A DNA stretch of 64,000 nucleotides from an uncultured Candidatus Saccharibacteria bacterium. GTDB lineage: Bacteria; Patescibacteriota; Minisyncoccia; Phycocordibacterales; UBA9973. Where the stretch lies: contig CAZUZG010000001.1 in assembly GCA_964624665.1 (NCBI GenBank), positions 7,310 through 71,309 of the forward strand. Direction: 5' to 3'. The notes under the pieces are model-generated. The model did not search any database. It saw nothing but the letters and a program-made list of their open reading frames with translations, and was not told the DNA's origin. Below are positions 27,277 to 37,436 of the stretch, one piece after another. The translations under genes were made by a program, and so were the position numbers. The number at the start of each line of letters is the position of its first letter. Position 1 is the first letter of the stretch.

Positions 27277-27660
27277 CTATGGAAATTTAAGTTCATTACA
27301 ATTACATTTTTTCCTTTTACTAAGTCGCCCATTTATTTGGTTTTGAAGATAACACTTTTCTTTGCGATAGCCCCAGGAATTAACCTTTCCTTTTTTTCTA
27401 GTAACTGCATGTATTTTTCCATCTTTATCGAAGTCCGTAATTACTAATAAAAATTTGCATGTAGCATCCTGATATTGTATACATTTTCTATATGAAAAAT
27501 ATTTAGTGCTTACTACCTTGCTTATCGCTTTTGTATTTTCATCGTAAAACACTATTTTTTCAGTCATACCACGTCCTTTTCTGGTAATAATTGTATCTTG
27601 AGAATATAAATTATTACACAGCACAAAGACAAGTACAAAGACAAGAGAAGCTGTTTTCAT
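27277..27660 (-). CDS. Putative immunity protein for the RHS C-terminal toxin (secreted, 127 aa)
   Basis: Signal peptide MKTASLVFVLVFVLCNNLYSQ. Starts 2 nt after the stop of the RHS gene on the same strand, the typical toxin-immunity arrangement. Confidence 0.5.
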   Translation of the reverse strand: MKTASLVFVLVFVLCNNLYSQDTIITRKGRGMTEKIVFYDENTKAISKVVSTKYFSYRKCIQYQDATCKFLLVITDFDKDGKIHAVTRKKGKVNSWGYRKEKCYLQNQINGRLSKRKKCNCNELKFP

Positions 27661-27661
27661 T

Positions 27662-30600
27662 CTACTTATTGCTTACAGAGTCCGGCAATCTGTTATCTGT
27701 ACCCTTGTTTTCTTTTTTAAATCCATGACCTTTACCTAACCTAGCCGGGAAGCTAATTATTTTTCTGAACAAATTTTCAAAACCAACTGTTTTTTGATCA
27801 TTTTCTTTACTTCCAGATTTATCTCCTTTTACCCAATTAATAAAGTGACCAAATTCATGCCATGCAACAATTGACTTTGAGAATTTATTTGATACCGTTT
27901 TTTGCTCACCATCATCTAATATTTTATCAGCGTCTTCAACTTCTTTCTGATCAATATCAAAATCTAACAAATTGTATTTAACTTTAGGATTAAGGTCAAT
28001 ATCAACTTTAACAACCCCCTCTTTGGATGCGTCATCGTAACTCTCTGTCGGCAATTCAGTAACACCAGGCGAACTACCTGTTCCAATTCGAGTAACCTTA
28101 ACATTTACTTCTACTTTTTGATTGTTAACTATATTGTTTACAAATTCCGACATCAGAACTTCTTGTGCTTCACTGGTTTTAGTAAAATCCGCTTTGGTTT
28201 GATCAAAGATTAATTTATTATTTTCAAATCTGAATGCATCTTTATTGTCTCCAAATGCTTGTTCTAACGCTAGTGTAACTCGCTTCTGAGCTTTTTTATT
28301 TTTAGCAATTAAATCTCTTCCATCATAATCTTGGAAAACAATTGGATTGTCTAAAGAAAAATTATACGGAGAAGAACCTGGGTACTTTTTAAAAAGCGGG
28401 TCGACACTTAACCAGCCACAAATCCTTGAGTCATAAATCCTTGCACCAAAGTCTAAACTATTCCCATTTCCTTTAATTTCGTCATCTTTCTCTTTTCCAT
28501 TAAAGCCATAACGATAACCTTCCGAACTTGCATAACTCCTTTTCAAAATCGGCATACCGAAAGCGTAGTAATCTGAATACTGAATAGCTTCGGCAAAATT
28601 GGTAATTGTTCCACCTGTTAAAATTGCTCCTTTACGGGCACTTATAATTGCACGCACATTACTTAGGTGGTCTTTCAATTCATATGTATGAGTTGCTACC
28701 ATCCTGTCGAATATACCTTCATTAGTTGTAATTAACTGAAGCTTATGCAGCTGTTGTGATAATTTACCGGATAGCAAATAGGTATTATCTGATAAGGCTG
28801 TATTGTCATCTACGCTTAAAGTATTCGTAGTAAAGGTATTTGCAATATGCTCGTCTATTAAAGACCAGCCCGTGTTTTCACTATTGCTTACATATATCAC
28901 CTTATCACTACCAATCCCACGTCGTATATCGCCTTCCTCGCTTAGCATATAAGTACTAGTTGCTAATGAAGACTGGTATTGCCAAATGACTTTATCGCTG
29001 GTTACTCCTGCAGATACTGTTAATGGTGTCAGTAATCGCTGGCTGTAATATAAATAACCGCTTTGGTGCGAGTATTCAATACCTGCATCTTTACCCGTTA
29101 AATCCGCAAGGGAAGCATTAAAATCACGCCCCGTTACCGCATGGTTTACATCCAATTGCCAGCCTATTAATTGGGCCGGGCGGAAATCGTACCAGCCTGT
29201 GGCTAATCCGGTAAACGCCACTGTTGTCAGCTGTTTACCATCAGGTGACAATTGTATGTCACCTTTTCCATCAGATGTCGTTACATTGCCAATAACATCT
29301 GCCACAACGGGGCCTGTAATATCTCCTGCGGGAGTAATATTGTAGGCTATAAGCTCCGTTTCATTAGCTCCTGAAACATAACGTGTCTGATATAAAACAG
29401 AATTTTTATTTGGGCGGGCATCTTCAAACAAAGCCATGTAATTACCCTTGCCAGCTCCTAATGGGACATTTATACGGCTTGCGTCAATATCACCCAGAGG
29501 GTTTGCCCCCACTGCTGCATTTCCGGCAAGACTCATATCTACTACATGATAATAACTGTAACCTGAAACATCTACAGTGAACACAAAATATTCAGACGGA
29601 GCAGCGGGATTACGCATAATGACAGGTTTAGAAGCGCCTGAAGCCAAGATTCCCAATCCTGCATTTGGCATCAGGTTCCAGTCCTTATCATAGATCATAA
29701 ATGTATTCGTTGCTCCGTAATAATCATCCGCTACAGCAATGTAAAACAATGGATTACCGTTTTCGTCTTCTACAACTGCCATTCCTCTACTGAGCGTTCC
29801 TTCAAACTCTAATTTGTTGAAGGCCGTTGTTGTGCCCAAGGCATCAATATCCACATCTTTCAATTGAGCTTTAATTACAGTTCCACCTGCAATTGTTGTA
29901 TTTTGAGTACCTGAAGCCAACAGATGTGTATTCTCTGTTTTACTGATGCTTGTAATGCTGTTAAAACTCACATCATTTATATCAGCCATATCAAAATCTA
30001 CAATTCCAACTGTCATATTATTTACAATACGCATTCCGATACGGCCACTGCCATATATGGATTGTTCTTTTAATTTATACTCAGCCTGCATCACTTGTGG
30101 ATCTGCCGTTGTAAGATTCTTACGTTCATAAACAGCCATGATGTTTCCACCCGCATCATGAACGTAATATGTATACGCCCATAGATCCGGATCAGATATT
30201 CCAGAACCTGTGCGGGGCTTAAGTAATTTAAGAACGCGATTACCTCCAGCATCATACATAAATTCCATATCTGGTTTAGTACTACTTGGTATTCGAGTAA
30301 TACTTTTTATTTTTCCATAAACTGTCCAGTCAATTGTTGCAATTTCTTCAGCTTCGTCTTTTATTAAATTACCGATGCCATCGTAATCGTAATTGGTAGC
30401 GGCTTGCGTAGTAATGTCGTCCATGGTTCCATTCTGACTACCAGTAGCATTATCAGTTACGTAAGCCAGTTTATTGTTATTAGTTGGATCAACATAACTA
30501 TACGCTATATCATCAAAGAAATTACCCGTACCTTCAGATCTACGCGTAAGGTTTAGTAAATTACCATTAGGGTCGTAAGAATATGAAGTCGAATAATCAT

Positions 30601-33600
30601 CATTTGATGCGCCCCAACTACGTGAAGATGAATTGTAGTCTTTCTTAAACTCACTGTCCTTAATACGGTTCAGTTCGTCATAATGGAAAACCTGCCCCAT
30701 TAATTTACCGTCATCAGGATCATTCGCCACAGTAATACCATGATTAATACAGGTAGACCATGTTGAGATGTTACTATTAAACAAATCCTGCCCAGTATAA
30801 TTTAATGTAGCAAAATTAGAGGCTGTATATGAGTTCGTGTTACCTAGATCATAGTTAGTATTTTCATAATCATTCGTATAATAACCCAATGACATAGCGA
30901 AAACATCTTTTTCATAGGCGGAGCTTGTAAGCGCTTCGGGATCAGGTGAAATAGAACTGTTTATTTCCGGAAAATTTATCGCTTTTATGTATCCTTGTAT
31001 AGTATAAGCGTAATCAATCCCCTGTATATGATCCTGGCCTAATTGCTGTCTCTTTAAAGGACCGTGTTTGTAATAATCATATTCAGCATCATGTTCCCAG
31101 TTTAAATTATTATCTGATGTAAGTACTTCTATGAGTTGATTGTTTTCATCATAAATATATTTATGAAAAAAGCGATCGGAACGGGATTCATTATAACGCA
31201 CCATCAAAATCTTATTACTTATTAAATCATAATCGTACTTAATGTAGTTGTCAGAAAAGCCCGGAATAACCTGAATCAGCCATTCTACATTTCCATGTGT
31301 ATCATAGCTGTAATATGTATATGTTCCCTCTGATGTATATACATAACTAACTCTATTTTCAAGAAACTTTTGTGGATCACCGGCATAGCTAATACTCAAA
31401 TCTGGAATACCATAAACAGTAAAAGTTTGTTGTGTCCCGTTTAACGGAAAAGTATTATCATTTGTGTAGATAACATTATCAAGGGCAGAAAATGTCATAA
31501 CTCCACTAGGTAAAATAGCTTCACCAACCTCGATTATTCTATTTAAATCATCATATTTATTATACGAATAAACATTACTAATTGCCTGTTTTGCATTTTG
31601 AGAAAAACGCAACAAACGCTTATCACTATAAATGAATGCAGTGGTTCCTGCATCAAGAGTTTGTTGACTTATCAGTCCCTTTAAAGAATTATTATCGTAA
31701 CCACTTACAAAAGTATGATTAGGATGCATAGCCCTTGTTGTTGAACTAAGGTCAATACCTTTCGGTGGTACAGTACGTACAAGATTTTGAGCTCTGTCGT
31801 AATAGTACAAGGTAAAATGCTTCAAACTAATATCATAACAAACATGCAGGTTGTCATTAATATTATCTCCATTCGCACATTTCTGCGATAAAATTGCTTT
31901 CAACTCATCCTGACTCGCCAATTGACACTGTTCCTCTGGCGGTGGTGGTGGCGGTGGTGGTGGCGGTGGTGGTGGCGGTGGCGGTCCACACGGAGGAAAT
32001 GGACAATCCGGTATACACGGTGGAGCATCGCATGGAGGATCAGGTGGCGTGTATTTACCCTTCCAGCGGAAACACAGGTCAAAAGATCGTGTGACAGCAG
32101 TTGGGTTAATAAACAATGTTGTTGTTGAAGTACAACCAGAAACATCGGTAGCCGTGATAACATAATTTCCGGCGGCTATATTTATAGCAGAAGAAATACC
32201 TGTTGTATTATTGAATTCATTGTATTTTACAGAACCCGAAGGTTGCAAGGCCCACACAAAACTATAAGGAGCAATACCACCCGTTAAAGTAGCGGTAGCA
32301 TCGCAACTCGTTGTGCTTCCAAGAGCAGTCAGATTCATTACTGGAGGATCTGTTAATGTAACAGTGGCTGTTGCTTCGCAGCCACCAGCATCACTAACGG
32401 TTACCGAGTAGGCGCCAGCAGGTAAATTGTTAGCAAAGGCAAATATTGAAACGCTTGTATTAGAACTATTTGTCCAGTTATAGGTTACAGGAGGTGTACC
32501 TCCTGTAGCGGCAACAACTGCACTACCTGTAGAAGCTCCATTACATAAAGGATTAACAGCATTGTTAATTGCAGCATATAATGGCACTCCCGGTTTTACC
32601 GTAAAATTAACTGTAGCCGTACAACCATAATAGTCATCTACCACCGTTACCTGATAATTACCCGGAGCCAATGTGTTTTGTTCTTTATTAAAAGCAAGAG
32701 AAGTACCCGAACCTATGGCAACAGGGCTTCCGGTTGACATATCAAACCATGTAAAAATATAACCGGTAGGTACAGGCGATGTAGGAGTAGTATTAATACC
32801 TGCGGTCGCAATTACATCAGCCACATTATCGGCACAGGCCACTAAATTCTTTAAAGTAATATAAACAGAAGGTGTAACAACATTAACTGATTTAGTTACC
32901 GGAGGGCAATTGAAACCTACATCTGTAAACGTTAAGGTATAAGTTCCACCAACAGCCGGGTTAATAGAAGAGCCTGTAGATTGTCCCGAAGGTATCACCC
33001 CTCCGTTTGATGCTGTCCATAGATAGGTATAAGTGCCACTACCACCAGTAACAGTTGTTGTGATCTGTCCTCCTGTACCATCTGTGCATTTGATATTGGT
33101 GGCATTAAGTGCAATAAATGGCGAGAGAATTGTTAAAACACCTGTTCCTGTTCCTGTGGTAGCCGTTAAAGTACAAGTTTCGGAAGTAGCTATACAAGCC
33201 GTGTTTCCAAGCATGTTTGTTGCCGCTTGCAATTGCAATGGTAATCCACATGGTATAGCATCATCATCTGCAAGTGTATATGTAAAAGTTACGGATTGAC
33301 CAGGCGCAATACCTGAGGGTAAATGCCATTTAATATCCGAGTTAACAATGGTGTAATTAGGGGAAGCGACAGCCTGAACTCCCACAGGAACTGTCAATAC
33401 CAAATAACTGAAGCTACCTGTTGGTTGCATTCCGTTATTGGTAACGGTTATTGTTCCGTTAACTTCAGTAGAACCAGAATACATATTAACAGGAGCTATA
33501 GAAACTCCCAGATTTTCTAATTCAGGAAATCCCTGGATTTTGATTTTTTTACTGAAAGCCAAATTGATGTCATTGTTACAATTGGTTTTTCCAACTATAA

Positions 33601-36600
33601 AAAACTTAACGGGTAATCCCGGATCAAAGCCACAATTAGGAATTAAACTCAAATCAAGATTTAAGAGATTACCGTTTCCTCCTCCATTACCCGGAAGGCC
33701 ATTATTAATTGCAGAAATAGACGATGATAAATCCCAACAATATTGACCAGTTGCATTAGGTGCTCCTGCACAATTTACCGTTGTAGCTGCCGTCAAGGAA
33801 CCAGTAGCTCCGGTTCCAGGATACGCATACGTTGGATTATTTGGACTTACCAGAGTAACGTCATGCGGAAGTTCTGCTCTTAATGATAAATCATAAACAA
33901 AACCTAATTTCGTTGAAGTTAAATCAATTGAGTAGGCAACATCCGTACAAAGTTCATGTGGTTCTGCCGTTGTTTCTGCAACAAGCATTTGCAGATTGGC
34001 TGTTTTGTAACGCAGAAATAAATCCTGTGGGCCATTTGTGCAAAGTGCCGATAATACAGGAGATGAAGCATTCGGATAACCAGCGCAATCCCATCCGTAA
34101 TAAATTTTTAAATTATCTGTTACATCTTCCACACAGGCTGTATAGGTTGCATTAATACGAATATGCCTGTTTACACCTGCAGGTATAGTACCGGCTTGTA
34201 TGAAATATTTTTCGCCTCCGGCTGTTGGGTATTCAGATGGTGTTGGTAACCAAACGTTATTATCTTCGTCGTATGCAGAAACAATTGTGATGTTTCCAAC
34301 ATTTGATGCACTTGGTTCAATCGCCAGCCATGTGTTTGGAGCAGCCCCTTGTAAAACAGAATTATAAATAAAAACATCCCAGCTTACAACTTGTTGGATT
34401 CCATCTTGTGTGGAATTTACACCTAAGGTTAAATCAGGCTTGTTAAAGTGATAATTGAAAAAAGTCATATTACTGTAAAGCCCGGAGGTCTTACAAGCGG
34501 CATCGTATGAATGATCTGAGTAATACACAGTTGTATTGCTATTATGATCTCCGGCAGACGTTGTGCAAGAAGGAATAACAGTATAATCTACCTGAATGGA
34601 TGCGTTAGGTCTTTTATCTAGTAAGAACCAGTTAGAACTACTGGCCCATTGAAGCTGATTTCCAATAACGACGGGGTTACTTATAGTCGTTGTGCCATAG
34701 TTAGGCCCATATTGTGACATGGTGGTTACCGATGAAGAATTATAGTTAAAGCCCGAAGGTAAAAACGCAGTAAAAGAATTCATATCACCAACAGGTCTGA
34801 ACTCATTCGGGAAATCATCACCCGGGGATCCGCCTTGGTATCTAAAAAATATCCCGCCATAATTAATACAATCACTAGGTGTCGTGTAACCGTTTACATC
34901 AACAAGGGGTTTTAAAATAAAAAACCGACCTCCCCAACTTTCGCCGCCACACTGCAATCCACCCGTCATGCCAATGTATGTAACCCTGAACCGTGGTATC
35001 TCATAAAAAGCATAATCAGGAATAGAAGCATCTTTTTTTACCGTAAAATCTGCATCCAGATTTATGCTAACTTCCGGAGACGTTGTTGAAGGAAAATAAG
35101 TACCGGGTACCGTAAAATCAAAATAATAAACTCCGGCCGCGGAAGTTATGCTTGGCGCGGGAGCCGCCTGCGGGGTGCCGTTAATAGTGAAAATAGCTGA
35201 ACTAAAATTAAAATCCAAAATATTAACCGAAGGTGAGGGGGGCGTATAGTTCAGGATAATATGAATATTATCAACTCCGCAAAGCGGATCACCCGTAACC
35301 ACACCCAAGGCTTGTACATGAAAATCATCACATTCATAAGCTCTTTCCAGATCAACTCCAACAGAGTTTTCATCGGCATTGGCAGCTGCGTTGTAATCAC
35401 TTAAAGTCCACGCAGAGTTATCAGTATCGGGTTTATACTTTCCAAATGAAGTTCTCTTAATTATTAGGTCCGTTGGCCGTGGTTCACATCCTCCACTACC
35501 ACCACTACAGGCACTTATATGATTGTACACCTCTATTGTATGACATCCTAAAGGCTGTTTACAGCTGGGGCTGGATGTACAATACATATAATAATTCATT
35601 GGGATATTCTGGAATCCACCCTGAACGCCTGTTGTGCAATCAAATTCGATATCTATTTCTAATCTACCATTTCGCGGGTCGTTAGACTGAACAGGAATTG
35701 TCAAAATGCCATTAGAAAAATTGTAATTGCTTATTGAAACACCATTAAATCTAACGGGGTTTGCAGATGTTGAAGAAATAGAGTATCCAACAGGTAATGT
35801 TACAATCGCTTGATAATTTTCAGTTGAACAATCGATAAGCCCATATGGATTGTTACTTGCATATCCACTTAAATTATAGGCAAAAGTAGTGTTTTGGCTT
35901 GTGGCCATGTCAGTTGGTCCGGTTCCTGTAACTGATACAGTAGGAGAATAAGCAAATATTGAACTAAAGATAGCCGGCGAAATATGGTTAATACCGCAAA
36001 TATCATCCGTTGAGTAATTAGGCGCTAGACTCATTGAAAAATAATTTTGACAAGCATCAGGAAAAGAACAAGGAATTTGAAATCCTATTCGAACGGTAAG
36101 TGTTTCCTCATCAGGCAAGTCATCATAAAAGCCGTCACCATCCAGATCCTCCATTCCAAAACCCGAACCATCAGGATCGGCTGTACAGGCTGAAAAATCG
36201 AGATGAAATACTCCCTGAAATTGAGTAATAGTTAATCCTGTAATCTGATCTATAGGAGTATAACCGCCAATTGAGTTTAAAACAGACACACTATAAGTTG
36301 GACCTATATCAATCGTCATACTATTGTAAAAGAAATCGGCAATAAAATTTGTACCACCATCCTGTTTATCGAACTGACCTGAAGTTGTTCCTATGTTGTG
36401 GAAAGTAACATTAATTTCTCCGGATCCCCCCATATTAGCCGGAGTAATTACCGTCGTTTGTTTATCAATTACCGGCAACCCATTTAACGCATTAATATAA
36501 CTGTTAGCCTGGGCATCATTTTCTCCTGCATTACATAAATCAGGAGGGTTACTACCTACAAGCGGGGTACAACCCCATTCAACCGTATAGTCAGTTTGAA

Positions 36601-37387
36601 GTGATAAGCCACAATCATTCACATGAACCTGTTCCAATAAAACAAGCTCCTCATTTTGTGCTAAGTTGTAGGCACTTAAATCGAAGGTATACACACTACC
36701 CGATATAGAAGGAGTAATAACAGTGTTAGGTCCCTGAACAATAAGATTTACAAAAGTAAGTGTTGAAGGATAGGTAACAACTAATCTTGCACCATGCAGT
36801 GCGCCCAAACCAGTATTTTTAATAGATACCTGCCTTGTTTTGTTTTCGTTTATAACTGCATTCTGTGTTTGTGTTGAATTAATGATAGAAAGAATAAGGT
36901 CGGCATATTTTACATTATAGGAAGAAGAACCATTTGGTTCAGTAATATTTCCTGAAGTACTCCCTGCTACATAATCAACATCGGTATTGTTATGTACCAA
37001 TTGATTTGTAGGAAGCGTACTTATTATTTGACATCCAACTTCTGCACTGAAAACTAACGAAGTACTTTGTCCTGGTAGAATAGTTCCTGAGAAAGTAAAA
37101 GTGGGTGTAGCTGAAGGAGATGTTGGCCCTGCCCAACCTGTACCACTCGAAGTGCCGTTATAAATTACATGAGTTGGTAAACCCGGATGTAATGAAAGTG
37201 AAGTAATAGTCTCTGTATTATCAGACGAATTACTTACTGTTACTGTGAAGGTAGCAGCTCCCCCACAAACTTCTATGTAAGAAGGCACATCTGTGCTAAC
37301 AGTAATAAGTTGTGCCTGTGCAACTAAACTTCCGCCACATAACAGAAGTAGTAACAACAACCTGATTCGATTTTTAATTAAACCCAT
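27662..37387 (-). CDS. RHS-repeat polymorphic toxin (3241 aa): signal peptide, Ig/SprB-like repeat region, poly-Pro linker, YD repeats, RHS core, C-terminal HExxH zincin-like toxin domain
   Basis: SprB-type repeats (..CTDGTGGQITTTVTGGSGTYTYLWT..; ..LTGGIAPYSFVWAL..). P16 tract. YD repeats (YSYDTHGNVEW, YDPNGNLLNL, YDYDGIGNLIKD). RHS core DHLSNVRAI...YYAFGMP...YRYGFNGKEKDDEI..FGARIYDSRICGWLSVDPL..SPYNFSLDNPIVFQDYDGRD. C-terminal domain with VAWHEFGHFINWV. Confidence 0.85.
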   Translation of the reverse strand: MGLIKNRIRLLLLLLLCGGSLVAQAQLITVSTDVPSYIEVCGGAATFTVTVSNSSDNTETITSLSLHPGLPTHVIYNGTSSGTGWAGPTSPSATPTFTFSGTILPGQSTSLVFSAEVGCQIISTLPTNQLVHNNTDVDYVAGSTSGNITEPNGSSSYNVKYADLILSIINSTQTQNAVINENKTRQVSIKNTGLGALHGARLVVTYPSTLTFVNLIVQGPNTVITPSISGSVYTFDLSAYNLAQNEELVLLEQVHVNDCGLSLQTDYTVEWGCTPLVGSNPPDLCNAGENDAQANSYINALNGLPVIDKQTTVITPANMGGSGEINVTFHNIGTTSGQFDKQDGGTNFIADFFYNSMTIDIGPTYSVSVLNSIGGYTPIDQITGLTITQFQGVFHLDFSACTADPDGSGFGMEDLDGDGFYDDLPDEETLTVRIGFQIPCSFPDACQNYFSMSLAPNYSTDDICGINHISPAIFSSIFAYSPTVSVTGTGPTDMATSQNTTFAYNLSGYASNNPYGLIDCSTENYQAIVTLPVGYSISSTSANPVRFNGVSISNYNFSNGILTIPVQSNDPRNGRLEIDIEFDCTTGVQGGFQNIPMNYYMYCTSSPSCKQPLGCHTIEVYNHISACSGGSGGCEPRPTDLIIKRTSFGKYKPDTDNSAWTLSDYNAAANADENSVGVDLERAYECDDFHVQALGVVTGDPLCGVDNIHIILNYTPPSPSVNILDFNFSSAIFTINGTPQAAPAPSITSAAGVYYFDFTVPGTYFPSTTSPEVSINLDADFTVKKDASIPDYAFYEIPRFRVTYIGMTGGLQCGGESWGGRFFILKPLVDVNGYTTPSDCINYGGIFFRYQGGSPGDDFPNEFRPVGDMNSFTAFLPSGFNYNSSSVTTMSQYGPNYGTTTISNPVVIGNQLQWASSSNWFLLDKRPNASIQVDYTVIPSCTTSAGDHNSNTTVYYSDHSYDAACKTSGLYSNMTFFNYHFNKPDLTLGVNSTQDGIQQVVSWDVFIYNSVLQGAAPNTWLAIEPSASNVGNITIVSAYDEDNNVWLPTPSEYPTAGGEKYFIQAGTIPAGVNRHIRINATYTACVEDVTDNLKIYYGWDCAGYPNASSPVLSALCTNGPQDLFLRYKTANLQMLVAETTAEPHELCTDVAYSIDLTSTKLGFVYDLSLRAELPHDVTLVSPNNPTYAYPGTGATGSLTAATTVNCAGAPNATGQYCWDLSSSISAINNGLPGNGGGNGNLLNLDLSLIPNCGFDPGLPVKFFIVGKTNCNNDINLAFSKKIKIQGFPELENLGVSIAPVNMYSGSTEVNGTITVTNNGMQPTGSFSYLVLTVPVGVQAVASPNYTIVNSDIKWHLPSGIAPGQSVTFTYTLADDDAIPCGLPLQLQAATNMLGNTACIATSETCTLTATTGTGTGVLTILSPFIALNATNIKCTDGTGGQITTTVTGGSGTYTYLWTASNGGVIPSGQSTGSSINPAVGGTYTLTFTDVGFNCPPVTKSVNVVTPSVYITLKNLVACADNVADVIATAGINTTPTSPVPTGYIFTWFDMSTGSPVAIGSGTSLAFNKEQNTLAPGNYQVTVVDDYYGCTATVNFTVKPGVPLYAAINNAVNPLCNGASTGSAVVAATGGTPPVTYNWTNSSNTSVSIFAFANNLPAGAYSVTVSDAGGCEATATVTLTDPPVMNLTALGSTTSCDATATLTGGIAPYSFVWALQPSGSVKYNEFNNTTGISSAINIAAGNYVITATDVSGCTSTTTLFINPTAVTRSFDLCFRWKGKYTPPDPPCDAPPCIPDCPFPPCGPPPPPPPPPPPPPPPPEEQCQLASQDELKAILSQKCANGDNINDNLHVCYDISLKHFTLYYYDRAQNLVRTVPPKGIDLSSTTRAMHPNHTFVSGYDNNSLKGLISQQTLDAGTTAFIYSDKRLLRFSQNAKQAISNVYSYNKYDDLNRIIEVGEAILPSGVMTFSALDNVIYTNDNTFPLNGTQQTFTVYGIPDLSISYAGDPQKFLENRVSYVYTSEGTYTYYSYDTHGNVEWLIQVIPGFSDNYIKYDYDLISNKILMVRYNESRSDRFFHKYIYDENNQLIEVLTSDNNLNWEHDAEYDYYKHGPLKRQQLGQDHIQGIDYAYTIQGYIKAINFPEINSSISPDPEALTSSAYEKDVFAMSLGYYTNDYENTNYDLGNTNSYTASNFATLNYTGQDLFNSNISTWSTCINHGITVANDPDDGKLMGQVFHYDELNRIKDSEFKKDYNSSSRSWGASNDDYSTSYSYDPNGNLLNLTRRSEGTGNFFDDIAYSYVDPTNNNKLAYVTDNATGSQNGTMDDITTQAATNYDYDGIGNLIKDEAEEIATIDWTVYGKIKSITRIPSSTKPDMEFMYDAGGNRVLKLLKPRTGSGISDPDLWAYTYYVHDAGGNIMAVYERKNLTTADPQVMQAEYKLKEQSIYGSGRIGMRIVNNMTVGIVDFDMADINDVSFNSITSISKTENTHLLASGTQNTTIAGGTVIKAQLKDVDIDALGTTTAFNKLEFEGTLSRGMAVVEDENGNPLFYIAVADDYYGATNTFMIYDKDWNLMPNAGLGILASGASKPVIMRNPAAPSEYFVFTVDVSGYSYYHVVDMSLAGNAAVGANPLGDIDASRINVPLGAGKGNYMALFEDARPNKNSVLYQTRYVSGANETELIAYNITPAGDITGPVVADVIGNVTTSDGKGDIQLSPDGKQLTTVAFTGLATGWYDFRPAQLIGWQLDVNHAVTGRDFNASLADLTGKDAGIEYSHQSGYLYYSQRLLTPLTVSAGVTSDKVIWQYQSSLATSTYMLSEEGDIRRGIGSDKVIYVSNSENTGWSLIDEHIANTFTTNTLSVDDNTALSDNTYLLSGKLSQQLHKLQLITTNEGIFDRMVATHTYELKDHLSNVRAIISARKGAILTGGTITNFAEAIQYSDYYAFGMPILKRSYASSEGYRYGFNGKEKDDEIKGNGNSLDFGARIYDSRICGWLSVDPLFKKYPGSSPYNFSLDNPIVFQDYDGRDLIAKNKKAQKRVTLALEQAFGDNKDAFRFENNKLIFDQTKADFTKTSEAQEVLMSEFVNNIVNNQKVEVNVKVTRIGTGSSPGVTELPTESYDDASKEGVVKVDIDLNPKVKYNLLDFDIDQKEVEDADKILDDGEQKTVSNKFSKSIVAWHEFGHFINWVKGDKSGSKENDQKTVGFENLFRKIISFPARLGKGHGFKKENKGTDNRLPDSVSNK
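31937..31986. repeat. Trinucleotide simple-sequence repeat (GGTGGTGGTGGC)x3+GGTGGCGGT encoding a P16 linker on the minus strand
   Basis: Read directly. Length stays in multiples of 3. Confidence 0.85.
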
Positions 37388-37436
37388 AACTTTCTTTTTA
37401 TAACGTTTTACAAATAGCTTTTATCAATTTTATATA

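Noticed and set aside
31894-32163. Three overlapping ORFs (Val/Ala-rich, His/Arg-rich, Trp/Arg-rich) around 31.9-32.1 kb
   Set aside because: Artefacts of the GGT/GGC triplet repeat read in alternative frames or strands, inside the RHS gene.
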